From: Botryllus schlosseri
Lineage: Eukaryota
DNA length: 64,000 nucleotides
Reading direction: 5' to 3'
Assembly: GCA_051294905.1 (NCBI GenBank)
Contig: CM119372.1
Coordinates: 36,582,001-36,646,000 of the forward strand
Below, piece after piece: positions 12,101 to 26,125 of this stretch. Below the pieces are notes generated by a model. The model ran no database searches. It was not told the origin of the DNA and was given only the letters and a program-made list of their open reading frames with translations. A program made the position numbers and the translations under genes. Every line of letters starts with the position of its first letter. Position 1 is the stretch's first letter.

Positions 12101-15100
12101 ATATACTGTATGTCTGCCACTATAGAGATTGTAGAGATCTCTATACTATCACTACACCAGCTTTCAAACCAGGCTTTTGGTTACGGAATAATGATAGTGC
12201 GGGAATATTAATTCACTACGACTTGTGAGAGCTACGATTAGTATAGTGCGTCGTATTAAGTTTTTTTAATTGCGTCGCAACTACAAATGTTACACTGATC
12301 TTAAATTTCCTATTAGGTTTATTTGAGTTATTCCACGTTAGAAAAGTTTGCAATTAATCACGATTTTCATTCGCACTTGATCTGGATTTTCATTCGCACC
12401 ATTCGCATCACCTTCGTCATTCGCACTTGATCCGGATTTTCATTCGCACTATTCACACCACCTTCGTCATTCGCAGTGCAATTTTTTCATTCGCACAAGT
12501 GCGAACTGTCACACAGGTTGAAAAGCACTGCTATAGATAATTTCACATGTTTTGATGAATGCCCCAATATCGTAGAATCTTGGCAGGGCTTTTTCGGCTG
12601 ACTGTACCAACTGCCAAGTAGTTTCGATGAGGACAGACTCGTAAATCGATGCCAAGTATAGAAACGGTTGAATCTTGATGAAATAATTCAAGTTCAGTTA
12701 GTTTCAGGATCATTTGAAAAACAAATACCGATAATGTTTTGGATTTGGGTTAGGGTATGACCTCATTCACTTACATTACATAGAGCAGTGATTCCCAACC
12801 ACGGCCCCGAGGGCCGCATGCGGCCCCCAGCTAGCCTTCTTGCGGCCCCCACAAAAATATTGAGAAATCGATTTATGAAAAAAATATATATATTTATAAA
12901 ATAGCCTACTCTTGCTTGGCTTGGAGTCTGGAGTTTTCAATTAGGATTGCAGGAAAGTTGTGAGTAGACTGCTAAGATTACGTCACTGCTGTTTCAATGC
13001 AATGTGCCCCAACTTTCTAATTGAACTAGCAGCAGTGTTGGGATCAAGTCACTACCTTCGAGTCGCGAGTCATTTCGAGTCATTGCACATTTTGACTCGA
13101 GTCAAGTCAAGTCACTCGATTTTTGGAGGTGACTCGAGTCAAGTTGAGTCAAGTCAAGTCAAGTCACGAGTCAAGTCACAATTCAAGTCAAGTTGCCTTT
13201 TCGGGGTATGAGGCATGATTACGTCATTGCATTTTGCTAGCTGTCTGAAATACAGATTGAGTGGTCATTGATTTTGAACCAATGAACGAATATAGAGTTA
13301 AATATACACGCAAGAAGGCGCTGTATCGCTCACATATACGTAAGTAATTGCAGAGCCTCAGTTTATATAGTTACCAGCCAAAATAGAGAATAGAGAAACG
13401 AATTGATAAGATACTCAATACATACCATTTACAAATTGATATGATGCAATCTGAGCCTGCGCCAATGGTTGAGGACTATATAAAGTATATTCGAATTCAA
13501 TTTCAATAAAACAAAAAGGTTTGGTTAAGGTAAGAAGAGAGAACAGAAATATACATTTTGCTATTAAATTACTATACCATACTATACTAGTTTACGACAA
13601 CGTAAGCATCGATCACTTCGTTTGCGGTCAATTTATTTGTGAGAGAACAATGTAAGCTCAGTAAAACGCACGATCATTGAATGATTGGTCGCTCTCACGG
13701 GTTACACCAGCGTTTCGCCAAAAATCCGACCATATGCAAGATACAGTGATTTTTATCGACACCGATTATTATATAATGACTTGAAATTGACTCGTGAATT
13801 TAGCTCCGAGTCACGAATCAATTCACATTTCTGATACGCCGAGTCAAGTCAAGTCAAGTCATTTTAGCAAAGTGACTCGAGTCAAGTCAAGTCATACGAA
13901 AAAGGTGACTCGAGTCATCCCAACACTGACGAGCAGCACCTATAGATATAGGTATTGACAGGACTGTAACTGCCGCACCCCAAGCCCCCAATTTGGGGGG
14001 AGCGAGCTCGAAGGGGGCCCAAAATTATTTAGTGAATTAGCATAAATTATAGCGTATTTTATGAAGTTTTACGCAGCGAGAAAACCTTGGCCAAAAAGGA
14101 CTGCCCTTACGCTGACCAAAAACTTCATTATGTATATACAAAATACATGTAGGTATAATTGACCATAGGCGCCTAAATGACTGGCGCCGAATGTTCCTGT
14201 CTTGTCAACCTGAACCTCACGAGACAAATAGGCTACCATCCCGCAGGGAAGAATTATATGCCAGTGAAGAACTACCAATTTGAAATCGTGTGCATCTTTT
14301 AGTTTAGTACGTTTGGGCGATTCTATATTTTTTGATATAGCAGACTGGAGCTCACAAAATAACATCATGTAACGAAGTCGTACCAACGGGGCCGCCCGTC
14401 CGAATATGTTTAAATATTATTTACGGGCCCTACGGTTTCCATGACACCTCACTCAGCTCTACCCTATGGGAGCTCAAGACCTAAGTGTTTTGGGGGGTCT
14501 GACGAAGTATTGTGTCGTTCCTGCCAACGGGTATACGCCCGAAGATGTTTAATTATTATTTAGTGGTCATACGTTTTCAAACACAACTCACTCGGCTCAA
14601 CCGGTCAATCTGATTACCTGAGCAGAGAGAGGATGAAAATTGATACCAATATATATGCAATTCCCGATTATATTGACCGATTCAATCATGAATTATCGAA
14701 ATTTTTCGCGCCTGGCGCGATTAGTCGAGATAAGCTGCCTAAAATGGACACCCGATTTAGATGATGAATAGCGGTAAACAGCCATCTAGCCTGAGGGGGG
14801 TCTGGGGGCTTCGAAGTTCGGTTTATCACCCTGTGGGGGCCCCAAGAGCAACGTTTGTTTGGGGGGGGGGCTGACGAAGTGCTGTTACGGCCCTGGGTAT
14901 TGATAACTAATTTACGGATAGATGTGCAGCAAGTGACTCACGATTGAATACGCCGAGATGCGTACTGCTTAGCCGGCAAAAAGCAGCATAATTGGTAGTC
15001 CTATAGCTCGCGACCCAAGCGTCCGAATAATTTGATATGTCGGTGTTTATCGAAAGCAAGTGTCGAACTGATTCCAAAAATCTGAATTGAAATCTCGCCA

Positions 15101-15675
15101 AGGGCAATAAAACTACTCCGAAATAGCCAGCAAAGGTTGATTGTTCTGAACAACGGGAGCGCGGCAATACAATGGCCAATGGCATCAAGCGAATGATCGG
15201 AACAATGCCAATTTTCATATTTTGGTGACTATTTTGGGTCCCTTTCATTGCCCTGGTATTCGTGCGGCCCCGACCGCACTCTGCAGTTCTAAATTTGGCC
15301 CTGCCACCGAAAAAGGTTGGGAACCACTGACATAGAGTCTTTCAACGTGCCACTCAAATGATTTATCACTGAAACGAATGAAACACCAGAGTACTATGTA
15401 AGTAAGACCACCTAACGCTTGGGATGGCTTGGTGCATATGTGATCAGGCAATAGCCTACATCCTCCCATCGCACCAAAAGTGTTTAATGTAACATCGGAC
15501 AGTAAAATGTCCAGTATTTACAAAGATTCATGTTGAAATACGCGAATAAATGACAGAGCAAAGATATTATGTCAGCTCGAAAATACAATTCTCAATTCCT
15601 TGCAGACGCTACAAAAATAAGAAAAAACGACGAGCGAAAGTTGAGGATGAAACAACAGAAACCACTACAGTCTGA
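6028..15675 (+). CDS. Spliced gene (5' end not in window or lost) for a VWA-domain type I membrane protein; mid-domain exons appear damaged
   Basis: Exons 6028-6164, degenerate 6692-6860, 8269-8961, 10696-10849, 11491-11623, 15606-15675. The last four splice in frame with GT-AG (phases 0,1,2). AATAAA at 15787. Confidence 0.75.
6692..6860 (+). pseudogene. Degenerate VWA segment (beta-D to beta-E region)
   Basis: TRIGEPVI then a stop or frameshift (LILI in the shifted frame); downstream GNAQENCAVQKLAKLGVQTFTI is VWA-like but lacks clean AG/GT borders. Confidence 0.45.
7035..8115. mobile_element. hAT (Buster/Charlie-like) MITE
   Basis: TIR caggggtctcaaac / gtttgagacatctg; 8-bp TSD gtctagat/atctagat. 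Confidence 0.9.
8269..8961 (+). CDS. VWA gene exon: end of VWA domain plus Cys-rich extracellular region
   Basis: ttctatag|GTC...AAG|gtatgc, 231 codons; starts VGGEIDLNTLLTIVDGDNSRVFQAQDYSNLASSMRDVMIERAC (VWA C-terminus). Confidence 0.85.
9084..9838. mobile_element. hAT-type MITE with tacttc/agtaga subterminal repeats
   Basis: TIR cagagttggtca / tgaccacctctg; perfect TSD aatataat; longer inverted copy at 55610-56910. Confidence 0.9.
10696..10849 (+). CDS. VWA gene exon: Ser/Thr-rich stalk
   Basis: ttgcag|ATG...ACA G|gtattc; phase 0 in and phase 1 out, matching both neighbours. Confidence 0.7.
11491..11623 (+). CDS. VWA gene exon: transmembrane helix
   Basis: ttttgtactcaag|...AG|gtaaac; encodes IEVIVICGIAGFASLAMALYLVIR. 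Confidence 0.85.
11657..12530. mobile_element. hAT MITE with attcgcac subterminal repeats
   Basis: TIR cagcgcttttcaacc / ggttgaaaagcactg; perfect TSD ctatagat; partial copy at 57130-57271. Confidence 0.9.
12786..15329. mobile_element. hAT non-autonomous element containing a nested MITE
   Basis: TIR cagtgattcccaacc / ggttgggaaccactg; perfect TSD acatagag; inverted copy without the insert at 37518-39153. Confidence 0.9.
13033..13928. mobile_element. hAT-type MITE with gactcgagtc/caagt repeats (nested)
   Basis: TIR cagtgttgggat / atcccaacactg; TSD actagcag/acgagcag. Confidence 0.9.
15606..15675 (+). CDS. VWA gene terminal exon: basic cytoplasmic tail
   Basis: ttccttgcag|A CGC...; reads (R)RYKNKKKRRAKVEDETTETTTV-stop, in phase with the TM exon. 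Confidence 0.8.
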
Positions 15676-16216
15676 TGTTGATTTGATGAAGATGATTTGA
15701 CAGAGTTGTATCGACCATTTTTGTCAAACCGTATTTTGATTTCGACTTGGAATTTATAATAATTCCGTAGGTTTGTGTGAATTTTAAATAAATGCGATTC
15801 AGCACAGGTTGTGCACTTGGGTTTGAACACTTTGATTAAGACAGGATTGAGATCCGAAAACGATACGTGACATATTTACCAGCTCCGTATTTTTGTCGAA
15901 ATATGTATACGATTGTACGATTTATATGTACGATCACACGATTTTGTGATACGATTGTTGATATACGATGTCGTTTTGCATTCTCTACTATTCTCTACGA
16001 TTACCCCTGACGAGTGTCCGCCGAAAATATTTGGGTTCATTTTAATATGAATATAGCCTACTATTCAATTGTATATTGAAGTTCTGTACCTCCAAGAAGC
16101 TGTTCAAATATGTATCTATATCGTGAATGTTTAAAAAAAGATCCCGACTTTCTCATACCTCTTAAAAAATTAACGTGACTAAGCCTGAGTACAATTATTC
16201 GAGCAGTACTCGAATC

Positions 16217-17284
16217 TAAGGATGGTGTGAACGTAAGGTTCACGTTCGCGTTCTGTGTGTGAACCTCGGAAATTTGGAGGTTGACGTTCACAAACGAACC
16301 TTGGTAGTTTCTGCACTGTGAACCTTTTTCATATATCAAAATTTTCACGTCATTATAACATTTTTGGTTGAAATTTAATTCATTTCAACTGCGGGCCACT
16401 CTATGCATGGCACTGGCAACATAAAAAATCAACACTAAACCAGCATGCACCTTGACAAGTTCAGAAATTTTTCCTGCTTTGTTGCAAAAGTTTGCTCGAA
16501 ATATCCAGCTGTCTGATCGTGAATATTTAATGACCCTCTGCTGTGACCCGAAATCACACAATATCAAGAGTGAAATACGCTACATGTATAGGTAGTCAGT
16601 GAATGATGCTTATTCAACCAAACAAGTTGATATCGTTGTCTGATAACATAACATAACATAACATGATTGGGTTATATTTTTATCTGAACAAGTCACACAC
16701 AATGTACAATGCGATAAGACACAATGCGATAAAATATCTAGCAAGCGTACGGGATCCATCTCGATTTCATATGTTTATTGTATCCTAAAAACCAAATCGG
16801 TGCGATTGGGATGTTGGCTACTGCTGTATAATTTGTTAATGGGGTAAACCCGTTTCACACTTTGCTCAATATCAACGTAGCACAACTGACTGAGACGCCG
16901 AATACATTGTCCCGTCTGGCCTAGACCGTTAGGGCGTAAGCTTATATTCCCTTGCAAGTCCTCGTCGAAATTGTTGGCAAAGCGACGGACGATATTGATC
17001 CTATGGTATTATTATATCATTTAATAGCCCCAGTTGATACATTTAGCGATGATTAAAACGTCAATAAGTAGGCCTATACATCAGCATTGTGGCATTATGT
17101 GGTCCGAGTCGTCGCTAGGTATCGTGTACATTAATATATATCACTTCACTGAAATGTAGGGTTAGAATTAGCAATATGACGACACGTGACGTCATGAGGT
17201 TCACGTTCGCGTTCACACAGAACCGGTCAAAAAGGTTCGCGTTCACACGAACCTGAACCTTTCATAGGTTCACACCATCCCCAC
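16217..17284. mobile_element. hAT-type MITE with ggttcac/gtgaac repeats
   Basis: TIR ggatggtgtgaac / gttcacaccatcc; TSD ctcgaatc; inverted copy at 31946-32851. Confidence 0.85.
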
Positions 17285-17433
17285 CTCGAATCCATTTTAA
17301 TTGTAGTGATTCGAGTCAGTAATGAGAGACGAGATTTCCGTGTTCTGAAATTATACGTCCTAGTTCTATTTAATAATTATTATGAACTAGTATTATAGTT
17401 TCGATGCTTGTTCCCCTCCTGGAGTGTTGACAC

Positions 17434-19027
17434 CAGAGTTGGATCAAATGTAATTTGTGATTGAGCTGAATGTAATTAATTACGTTTTTTCATGTAATTG
17501 TAATTGTAATTTGATCAAAATTTTGCTCAATTACAATCTCAATTACATTTTCATTGAAACCTGACAATCACAACATAAAATAATCATTTAATCAATCATT
17601 TATTCGTCGCACCAGTGAAAATCCGGTACGAACCAGGATGACGACGAGGGGCCTTATAAGGCCTTAGTAAACAGTCACCACATGTGATAATCAGCCTATT
17701 TACATCGGTGTTCTATGCGTGCTTTACTATAACTGGATAATTCAGTCACGCTAAACTGTTTCCCATACTTCAGTAGCAACAGAAAACTTTGTGAATTACA
17801 ATATAGGCTAAACCAGTGGATCTCAAACTGAGGTCTTGTCTCCTTATGGGCGGCGTGAAAGCATCTGAACGGGGCGCGACGCTCCAGTGAACTGAAATCT
17901 TTCCCGCGCTTGGCCCGATCCACCTCTGTTTTATGGTTATTGCTCGGTGTATAGTCTGAATTTCGTATTGGAGAATTCTCTCATCAACAGTCATATCCTT
18001 CCATACCATCAAACTATATGTAAGGATTGCTAACTTTCTGGTTTCATTGTTTGCTATGACGATAAGGGGGGCACGAAATATTCACTGTCATAAAGGGGGA
18101 CGTGTCTAAAAAAGTTAGAGAACCAGTGGGATAAACTAAATCTTAATATTTCAAAAATGGATGAACAGTAAATAAACTCTTCTGAAACCTGTGCTGAACC
18201 ATTTCCTACACCACGGTCAAAGTTTTTTTTAATCTCTGACCAGTACCGAGGCTTGTTGCAACAATAGCAAAAAAATTCAAGTTTCCAACCAAGGGTTCAT
18301 CAAACTTGATCACGCATTTGTAGAGATGTTATCCCAATCTTACCTTCAATCTTGGCCAAATTTACTGGGGCCAGAAACTTTTCGCACCCTAATGTTCATC
18401 AAATGCAATCTAACAGTTTCCGAGCAAGTGAAAATGTAAATGCGAACCAAAATATTGTAATTCTTAGTTATCAGGAGGTTCTTTCCTTTTGCATTTATTT
18501 TAATTTTACGCACCTTATCGGTATCATCCTTATCGCTGACGCCTTACCAATTACATTCCATTATCCTCACTCAGCTCTGAGTAGCCTAATCGTTTTATTA
18601 CATTTCATTGACTGTCCTGTAGCCTATTCGCTGTTAGTCGCTCAAACCTTTGGTTGTTAACAGTCGCTTGAAACATTTTTCTGTGCTTATAGTTTTCAGT
18701 ACTCATGATTAGGAATAGTTCGAATACGTTCGAGTTTTTTTAAGGGTATTCTACATATCAGGAATGAAACATGAATAGCTTGAAATTGTTGCTAATTACG
18801 TCGCTACGGTTGTCAAAGAACACCTCTTTACTGAATCAATTACCTGTTTAAAAGTAATTGTAATTGTAATTATAATTGTAATTATTACATGTTTAACAGT
18901 AATTGTAATTGTAATTTGATATTTTTAGCATTGAGTAATTGTAATTGTAATGTAATTGAAACATGCAAGGTAGTAATTGTAATTGTAATTGTAATTGAAT
19001 TAAAATATTGTAATTGATCCAACTCTG
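17434..19027. mobile_element. hAT-type MITE with gtaatt repeats; nested hAT MITE at 17814-18128
   Basis: TIR cagagttggatcaa / ttgatccaactctg; TSD gttgacac/gttgacat; inner TSD ggctaaac/ggataaac. Confidence 0.9.
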
Positions 19028-19108
19028 GTTGACATCCCGTAAGGTCGTATCTCGGCATTCAAGACTTGTAGTAAACATCTGCGCACGTTGGTGCAAGCGA
19101 CTGTTATG

Positions 19109-20551
19109 CAGTGCTGAGATGATTCGAGTCAACTTTTTCGTATGACTCGAGTCACTTTAAAAAATTGAATGGACTTGACTTGACTCGATGCTTCAGATAT
19201 GGCTTAAATCGTGACTCGCAGCGATATTTACGAGTCAATTTCAAGTCATCAAGTAATTGGTGTCGACGAAATCGCCGTATCTTGTATGAGTTCGGATAGT
19301 TCGCGACATAGGCTACTATGTTGTCACATGTGAGAGCTAGCTACCAAACATTCAATGAATATGCGTTTTACCGAGCCTCCATTGTTATAACACAAATAAA
19401 TTGACCGCAAACACTGTGTCTGGAGCTTACAGCTTACGCTGTCGTGAACTAGTAGTAAAGTAATATAATAGCAATGTATCTCCTTTCTATAACCTGCTCA
19501 CAGTGCCAGTGCTGGTATAATCAACACTCTCGTATGATTTATATCAGGGGTGTCAAACTCAAATCACGTCGCGGGCCGGACCAGTCAAATCATTCCAAAA
19601 TGTTACCTCGTGCCCTTGCTTTTCAATTGCATACTTTATTATCAAGCATAATTAACTGATCATATAAGGTTTCATTCAAGCAAGTCGCAATACCTTTATG
19701 TGCGAACAATGGAATTGACAAAAATACGATGATTGTCCGGTTGAATGCAGTTAAGATGAACCGACAAAACAGTTGCACTAACGGCGATATAAGTTGGCAT
19801 ATTTCCATGCTCCCTTTGCTGTAGTCGTAATCTGGCGTTAGCAGATGTGATCATAGATATTTGACTTGAGTATTTGTGTAACTAATATATTTTCCATGTA
19901 AACTGCATATAGCGGTTGCGCCATGGTGTTTACGCTTCTGCGAATAGGTAATTTTTGTCCATGTTTCCATAAAACTCTGAAATCAGTGTGTACTTTTAGC
20001 CTTCTGGAATTAGAGTGTAACAGCAACGCCTTAGTCAGGTGGATATATAGTGGTATATGAGCAAGCCCGACATTAGGTGTCTTGGAGGGATATTTATAAT
20101 GAAAGTATTTCCTGCAAAAAATCACAACATTTTTTACAAATATGCTGTTTAGTATAAAAAAATGTTCGAACTACTCAGAATTGCATCGCGGGCCGGATGA
20201 AATCGTCTGGCGGGCCGGATGCGGCCCGCAGGCCGTATATTTCACACCCTGATTTAAATCAAACGAATATCGTTTATTCGTGCATATCAATCGTAAACAA
20301 TATCATGAATGTGTAGGTGGGTTTCGTGGGTAGGGTAATTGCATTATATGAATTTGCTACAACTTTCTGAGGTTCCCTCTTCTATCTTCTTGTCTCAAAT
20401 GTTGGATCGGCTCGGCTAGGCTCGGCTCGGCTCGGCTCGACTCGACTCGACTCATCTCCAGAAATCGAGTGACTTGACTTCACTCGAGTCAAAATGTGCA
20501 ATGACTCGAGATAACTTGTGACTCGAAGGCAGTGACTTGATCTCAATGTTG
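19109..20551. mobile_element. Older gactcgagtc-family MITE with nested Buster-like MITE at 19545-20251
   Basis: Similar to 13033-13928 and 59381-60220; inner element caggggtgtcaaac...tttcacaccctg with TSD atttatat/atttaaat. Confidence 0.8.
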
Positions 20552-22551
20552 TGCTATGTGCGGTCGTCATCAATGGACAGTATCACCACAAAATGCAATA
20601 ACACTGATATGGTCGAAAAAATCTCAAATTATATTTAATGTTGCAATATTTTCTTTGTAGTCGCATAAAAGGTACGTATTTATGTGAGCTTCACGCATTA
20701 GCCACACCGTTATGGCATCATAATGAGCCATGCATGACCCACCTCGAAGCCTAATACTCGATTAGGAATCGAATGGTTCAATTGCTCAATTTTGCCGGTC
20801 CTATAGCCGTAGCCTAATCACGAAGTTTTCGCCAGAGGTATTCATGGTGCTGTTCGACTACAGTTGTCTTACGGGTTGTCCAAAATATCAAGAATTTAAA
20901 AAATGCTGTTCGGCAAAGGGCCATCTGCAGACTCCATTTCGCACAACGCGTGTAAAAGTAGCTGGTGAAGAGTGAGTGGGTGAGCAACCAACCAACCAAC
21001 CGACCTACCTGAGAATAGTGGTCATTTCCAGCCTGCGGATATTATTTATTTTGATTTCTTGTCTGCCGAATTGTAGCACAGTCCACTTCTAGGTTTTTTA
21101 AGAAACCGCTTACGCCGGGAGTGGCCAATCCTTTCGGGCAAAGGACCACATGAAATTTACAAACCATTGCGCGGTCCACTTGAATGTTGATGACCTTTTG
21201 TTTAGTCGCCCGATAGGAGTGAGCCGGATTAGGTAACGTTGAAAATGAGTCTTATCTTACTACGTGTCAAAATCGGTAAGACATACGTCATGAAAACGCA
21301 GAAAATCCATCGATGCACTAACCGCGAAAATTTCCCAAGTTAATAAATGAATTTGATCAATAATATTGTTACTTGCATATATTGCGGGTCGCCTCTATAT
21401 ACCGCTGGGCTAAGTTTGCAAGGATATGACTATTCCGCGCTGGACATATTCAATGTCGAAGGTTTCGGCCAACGTATGCGTCTATCATTTTGTGTCACGG
21501 TTTCGTGGTCGACGATGTTTTAGCAAGCGCATACACGAAGTCACCTGTTGAATGACGCGCCCTGTCATAATTGCGAATAGCCGGCATACAGAATTCGGTG
21601 AATTTTGCTCATTTTTTATTTTCACCACCATTAAGAGCAAGATATTGAGTGACAACAAATCCACGAACAAAAATATCAAGTTAAATAAATCTGCCGCAAA
21701 ATATTCTACTTTATGGAAACGTACGAAGACCTACGACAATTGTCGCCAGCCTCTGGCTACATCAATGCTTCGTACTGCTATTTGAGTCATCAACATCCCA
21801 AATTTCGCGATCAGGCTAATCCACTTTCGGGTTGGCCTTGCAAGTTCACGATAAACTACCTGGGCAATTCATTTTTTATAATAAAAATAATTTCGAAAAT
21901 TACCTCGGGGGCCACGTGTTGGCCACCCCTGACTTACGCGGATGAGATGAAGAAAAAGGACTTGTATAAACCTCCAATACTTGGATAGGAGTTCTGTAGT
22001 CAACCTCGGTCGGACTTCAACCCGCAACCCATTGGTGTTGCAGCCAGGGTTGCCATCCACATGGACCCAAAAATAAGGACAGTCGAAAAATTAGATTAGC
22101 ATCAAACAGCGTTTATGTACATACTTTGTATTTACACGAGGCGTGGCATATCACATTCCATACTTTTCGCCAGAAATAATCTGCTCCAGCAACTCCTTGT
22201 CATTAGAAAGTGCTTCATGGATCTCACGACAGATCAGGTCTAGGTTAACCTTTACTCAGGGCCGAAACCATCGCCCTTCGAGCTTCACTCTCGTTTTACC
22301 AGACAGAATTGTTGCGTCACAAAGCCAAACGTCGATCACAATCCAAATTTCGAGGCAGATTTTTGGGGGTTCCAGGACAATGAGCAGAATAATATTTATG
22401 TTTTCGTAATCAGTACAGTAGCAGCTTTCCATTGATACACGTTTTATCGAATCGGCAAGCCGGTCAAAAATGGCCGTAAAGTTGCCTCTCGTCAAATGGA
22501 AAGTATGACGTAACGCAAATGCAGTGAGCCGTTCAGTCTCGCTGTGTTCAC

Positions 22552-22977
22552 CAGAGATGAGCATGGATTAGGATTAGGTTTTGAAAAAACAGGATTTGTG
22601 AAATTTTGTCGGATTTGGATTGGATTTGGATTAGACATTTTTTCAGAACGGATTAGGATTTGGATTGGATTTACCTATTTTCTGGGAGATTGAAATGTCG
22701 TGTGGCGAATGGCGACAAATTTTATTCAGATCAGTTATTAATGTAATTGTGGTTACCAAGTTATCTTGAATCAAGTGAATCGTTGGTTGTGAAAGAAAAT
22801 TTTCGAATCCCTCCATTGCATAAATTAGTATTTTTTCTGAATTTCCAGTTGGAAGCAGATTAGGATTGGACATGGACTTGAATATGAAAAAGTTATGGAT
22901 TAGGATTTGGATTTGGATTTGAAGGTTCGGATTTGGATTGGATTAGGACATAGAAATTTCAAATCCGCTCATCTCTG
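22552..22977. mobile_element. hAT-type MITE with ggatt repeats
   Basis: TIR cagagatgagc / gctcatctctg; perfect TSD gtgttcac. Confidence 0.9.
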
Positions 22978-22986
22978 GTGTTCACT

Positions 22987-23585
22987 CTATAGATTACAAA
23001 CGTACTGATAGATACGCAAGTCCCGCAAAACCCGTCGTTACGCTCGGGCAAGCAGTTACTCATATTGCTGAGCTAGTGAGCAATCTAAATGTAGCATAAT
23101 TGGTAATGCTGTAACTAGCGACCATAACGATGAAAATTAATAAAACTGGTCTTAATCGAAAGCTAGTATCGCATTGATTCCGACAATACACATTAAAATT
23201 TTGTCAGTTCAAATGAACCTCCCTAAACAGTCAAAGTCTAAAAATCGGCATTGTTCAGAACAATCGCTGGACGAAATTGGCCATTGTTCTGCTCATTGCG
23301 TCGCGGCGCTGCCAATGTTGGAACAATGCCGATTTACAGATTTTTACGGGCTGTTTAGGGAGGTTTCATTGCCCTGACAAGATTTTAATTTGTACTTTTT
23401 GGAATCAGTGCGACTCTAGCTTTTGATTAAAACCAATTATAATTATATTAAATTTCAGCGCCCTAGTCGCCAGCTATAGCACTACCAATCACGCTACTTT
23501 TAGATTGCTCAGCAATACGAAACACTGCTTGCCCAAGCGTAACCACCAGAAGTTGCGTATCTATCCGTAGGTTAGTAATCTATAG
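22987..23585. mobile_element. MITE-like element with ~35-bp imperfect TIR
   Basis: ctatagattacaaacgtactgatagatacgcaa versus ttgcgtatctatccgtaggttagtaatctatag; interior resembles 14910-15240. Confidence 0.6.
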
Positions 23586-24573
23586 TTTAAACCATATAGG
23601 ACACCATGGTTAGATACCTTTGAATTCTCTCATAATCGTCACGAAAAACGTTTTTACGACTGCTCATTTTAACTAATCAGATTTAGCCTTATTAGCAGCT
23701 AAAACTATATGCGCAAGTGCAATATAGTTTAGAAAAGTTATCAATGATTTATAGCTTTACTACTTTCTAGCCAATGTGTCGACTGCATTGCGTCTTTTTT
23801 TACTACGAAATAAATGCTGCCTTCCACACAGCTTGGGCTTATTCTGCTGTAGACCAAACAGCAGCTGAAACCTGGTACGGCTGTTTACTGCTAAATTGAC
23901 CTCCGCTGCGGTAGCTTGGTACAGACGAAGCTGCTATACCACTACCAGACATGGGGTGATTACTTTATGAATGTAATCGATTACGATTACGATTACTTCG
24001 GAATCACGCGATTACGATTACGATTACGATTACAGCAAAGTCAGGAAGTAGTCGATTACGATTACGATTACATTGAAAAAGTAATCACGATTACTCACGA
24101 TTACATTTGCTTTGCTTAGGACTATAATCTTAAATGATATATGGGAAGAAAATACAAGGATTGCGATGAAAAGGCTTAATGAGATATCAACTTTCTTCAT
24201 CATGCGTCATTTGCTTATTACGTCATAATATATCGATTGCCCAACTTTATAGTGGATGATTTATCGCATCCAACGATTTGCATTATTGCCAGGTCTTTAC
24301 CTGCCGCGCCCCAAATTCCTTAATAGAGTGGGGAGCGTGCTCGAAGGGGACCCAAAAGTATTTCGTAAACAAACATATATTATAGAGCATTTTCGAGAAT
24401 TTAATAAATTCCTGTCAATGTTTTTCGAGCTTTGCGATTCAAATATATCTAGAACAGGGGTCACCAACGCGGACCAAATGAGTCGCCCGCGGCTTTTGAG
24501 GTGGGCGGTCGCCAGGGGGGCTGGCCGAAGGGCTCCCCTATTTGGATTATGCGCTTTTTTCAAGGATAATAAC

Positions 24574-25452
24574 TAGGGCAATTTTTTTTTTGACATGTCA
24601 AAAAAAGTCAAAATTAGGTCAAAATTGTAGCGTTAGGTCAAAATTTGTCAAAATTATTTACAAAGTCAAACATTTTTTGACCTCTGCATTTCGTTTGTAT
24701 CGTAGATTTTGCGCTGTCGGTGAACTTATCATTTGATATTTTACAGCTTGTAGCCTACTTTATAGGCCTACCGTTGTAAACGGACCATCGTCTGCTCATT
24801 GTGAATCATAAATGGTCAAATGAAACAAATAGTGACATGGTTTTATGGTCAACGTACTGCAATATCCTAGCTGAAGCAAGACTGCTTGGACATTGCATGG
24901 TTCTTATATCAAGAAGTGCAAGCTGAAAAATTGTGATATAGACAACATTGTCAGAATGAAGCAACACGGTTTGTCACCAGCAGTGTGCACACAACTTGAG
25001 TGTTGTCAGCCAACAAATGCTGCTGTTGAACGTTCTTTCTCCGTTCTTGGCAAGCTACGTAGTAACGACAGACACTTTCTACCCGAGAATGTAGGAAAGG
25101 ATCTTTCGTTGTACTACAACAAATTTTAATTATTTCCACCAGAATACGTAATGGAACTACTGGAATTCTTCATAGGGCCAGATTTCGTTAAAATACTAGT
25201 TTTTCATGTAAAAATCTGTCAGTTTTTGAGCCAAAAACGTTTTTTCAGGCCAATCTACTTTTTAAGGACAGACAGTTCCAACCAGAAATGAAGATAAGTA
25301 GTACAATTTTAACATTATATGCGAAAACACCTAATTTGCATACGTGAGGTCAAAATTTGGTCAAATTTCAGTTTTTTTAGGTCAAAAAAGGTCAAAATTT
25401 AGATTTTTTAGTTCAAAATCTTCCGTTTTTTAGGTCAAAAAAAATTGCTCTA
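24574..25452 (+). mobile_element. hAT deletion derivative carrying a transposase C-terminal dimerisation fragment
   Basis: TIR tagggcaattttt / aaaaattgctcta; perfect TSD ataataac; ORF 24893-25129 has QPTNAAVERSFSVLGKL (hAT ER.FS motif). Confidence 0.9.
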
Positions 25453-26125
25453 ATAATAACGAATAAACATGGAAATCCGTGTAAGGCAAGAATAGGATTC
25501 CGTACAGATGTGTCAATCATCATGAAATCTCTGCATTTGTTAGAAAAGTACCATATCCCGATAATCATCACGTCTCTGCATGCGGTAGAATTACTTAGTT
25601 TTAATGTCGTGTATCTGTGCACACATGAAAAAATAGACATGGCCGAATCCAGCACCTGGCCGAACCTTGATAGATAGATAATAATAAAAGATGCGAAAGA
25701 GAGGTCTGGGGGGCGAAGCCCCCCATAAGTTACGGATAGATACTTATAGGGGGCCCCCGGTAAGTCTCGTCCAGCCCCCCCCCCGTTCGTATGGCCACCA
25801 CTGCGCTGTAGCAAATATCCAAATGAGAGATTTGATAGTTGAATCTCGTTTCATATGAGCAGCAGTTGAACATGGGTCGGCCGACGCCAAGGAACATACG
25901 AACGCAGTCGCTCGGGGCATTGCTTGCCTTCGCCCACGCGGCGGCTCAACGGGAATCTATATAGTTAACATTCCCGAGTCTAGACGCGGAGATCGGCGCT
26001 TCTGCGCGCACTGCAGCAACGCAACTGAGCTTGGAGGAGCTGGTGTGAGTCCCTGCGAGTGAGCGTTTTTTTTCTTGGTAAGGGGCGGAAACCCGGCCCA
26101 GTGCTCTGATTGTCTTACCCTCAGT

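Noticed and set aside
18850..19020. gtaatt, gattac, caagt and similar arrays as CRISPR or satellite
   Set aside because: There are no unique spacers, and the arrays sit at the ends of TIR/TSD-bounded MITEs.
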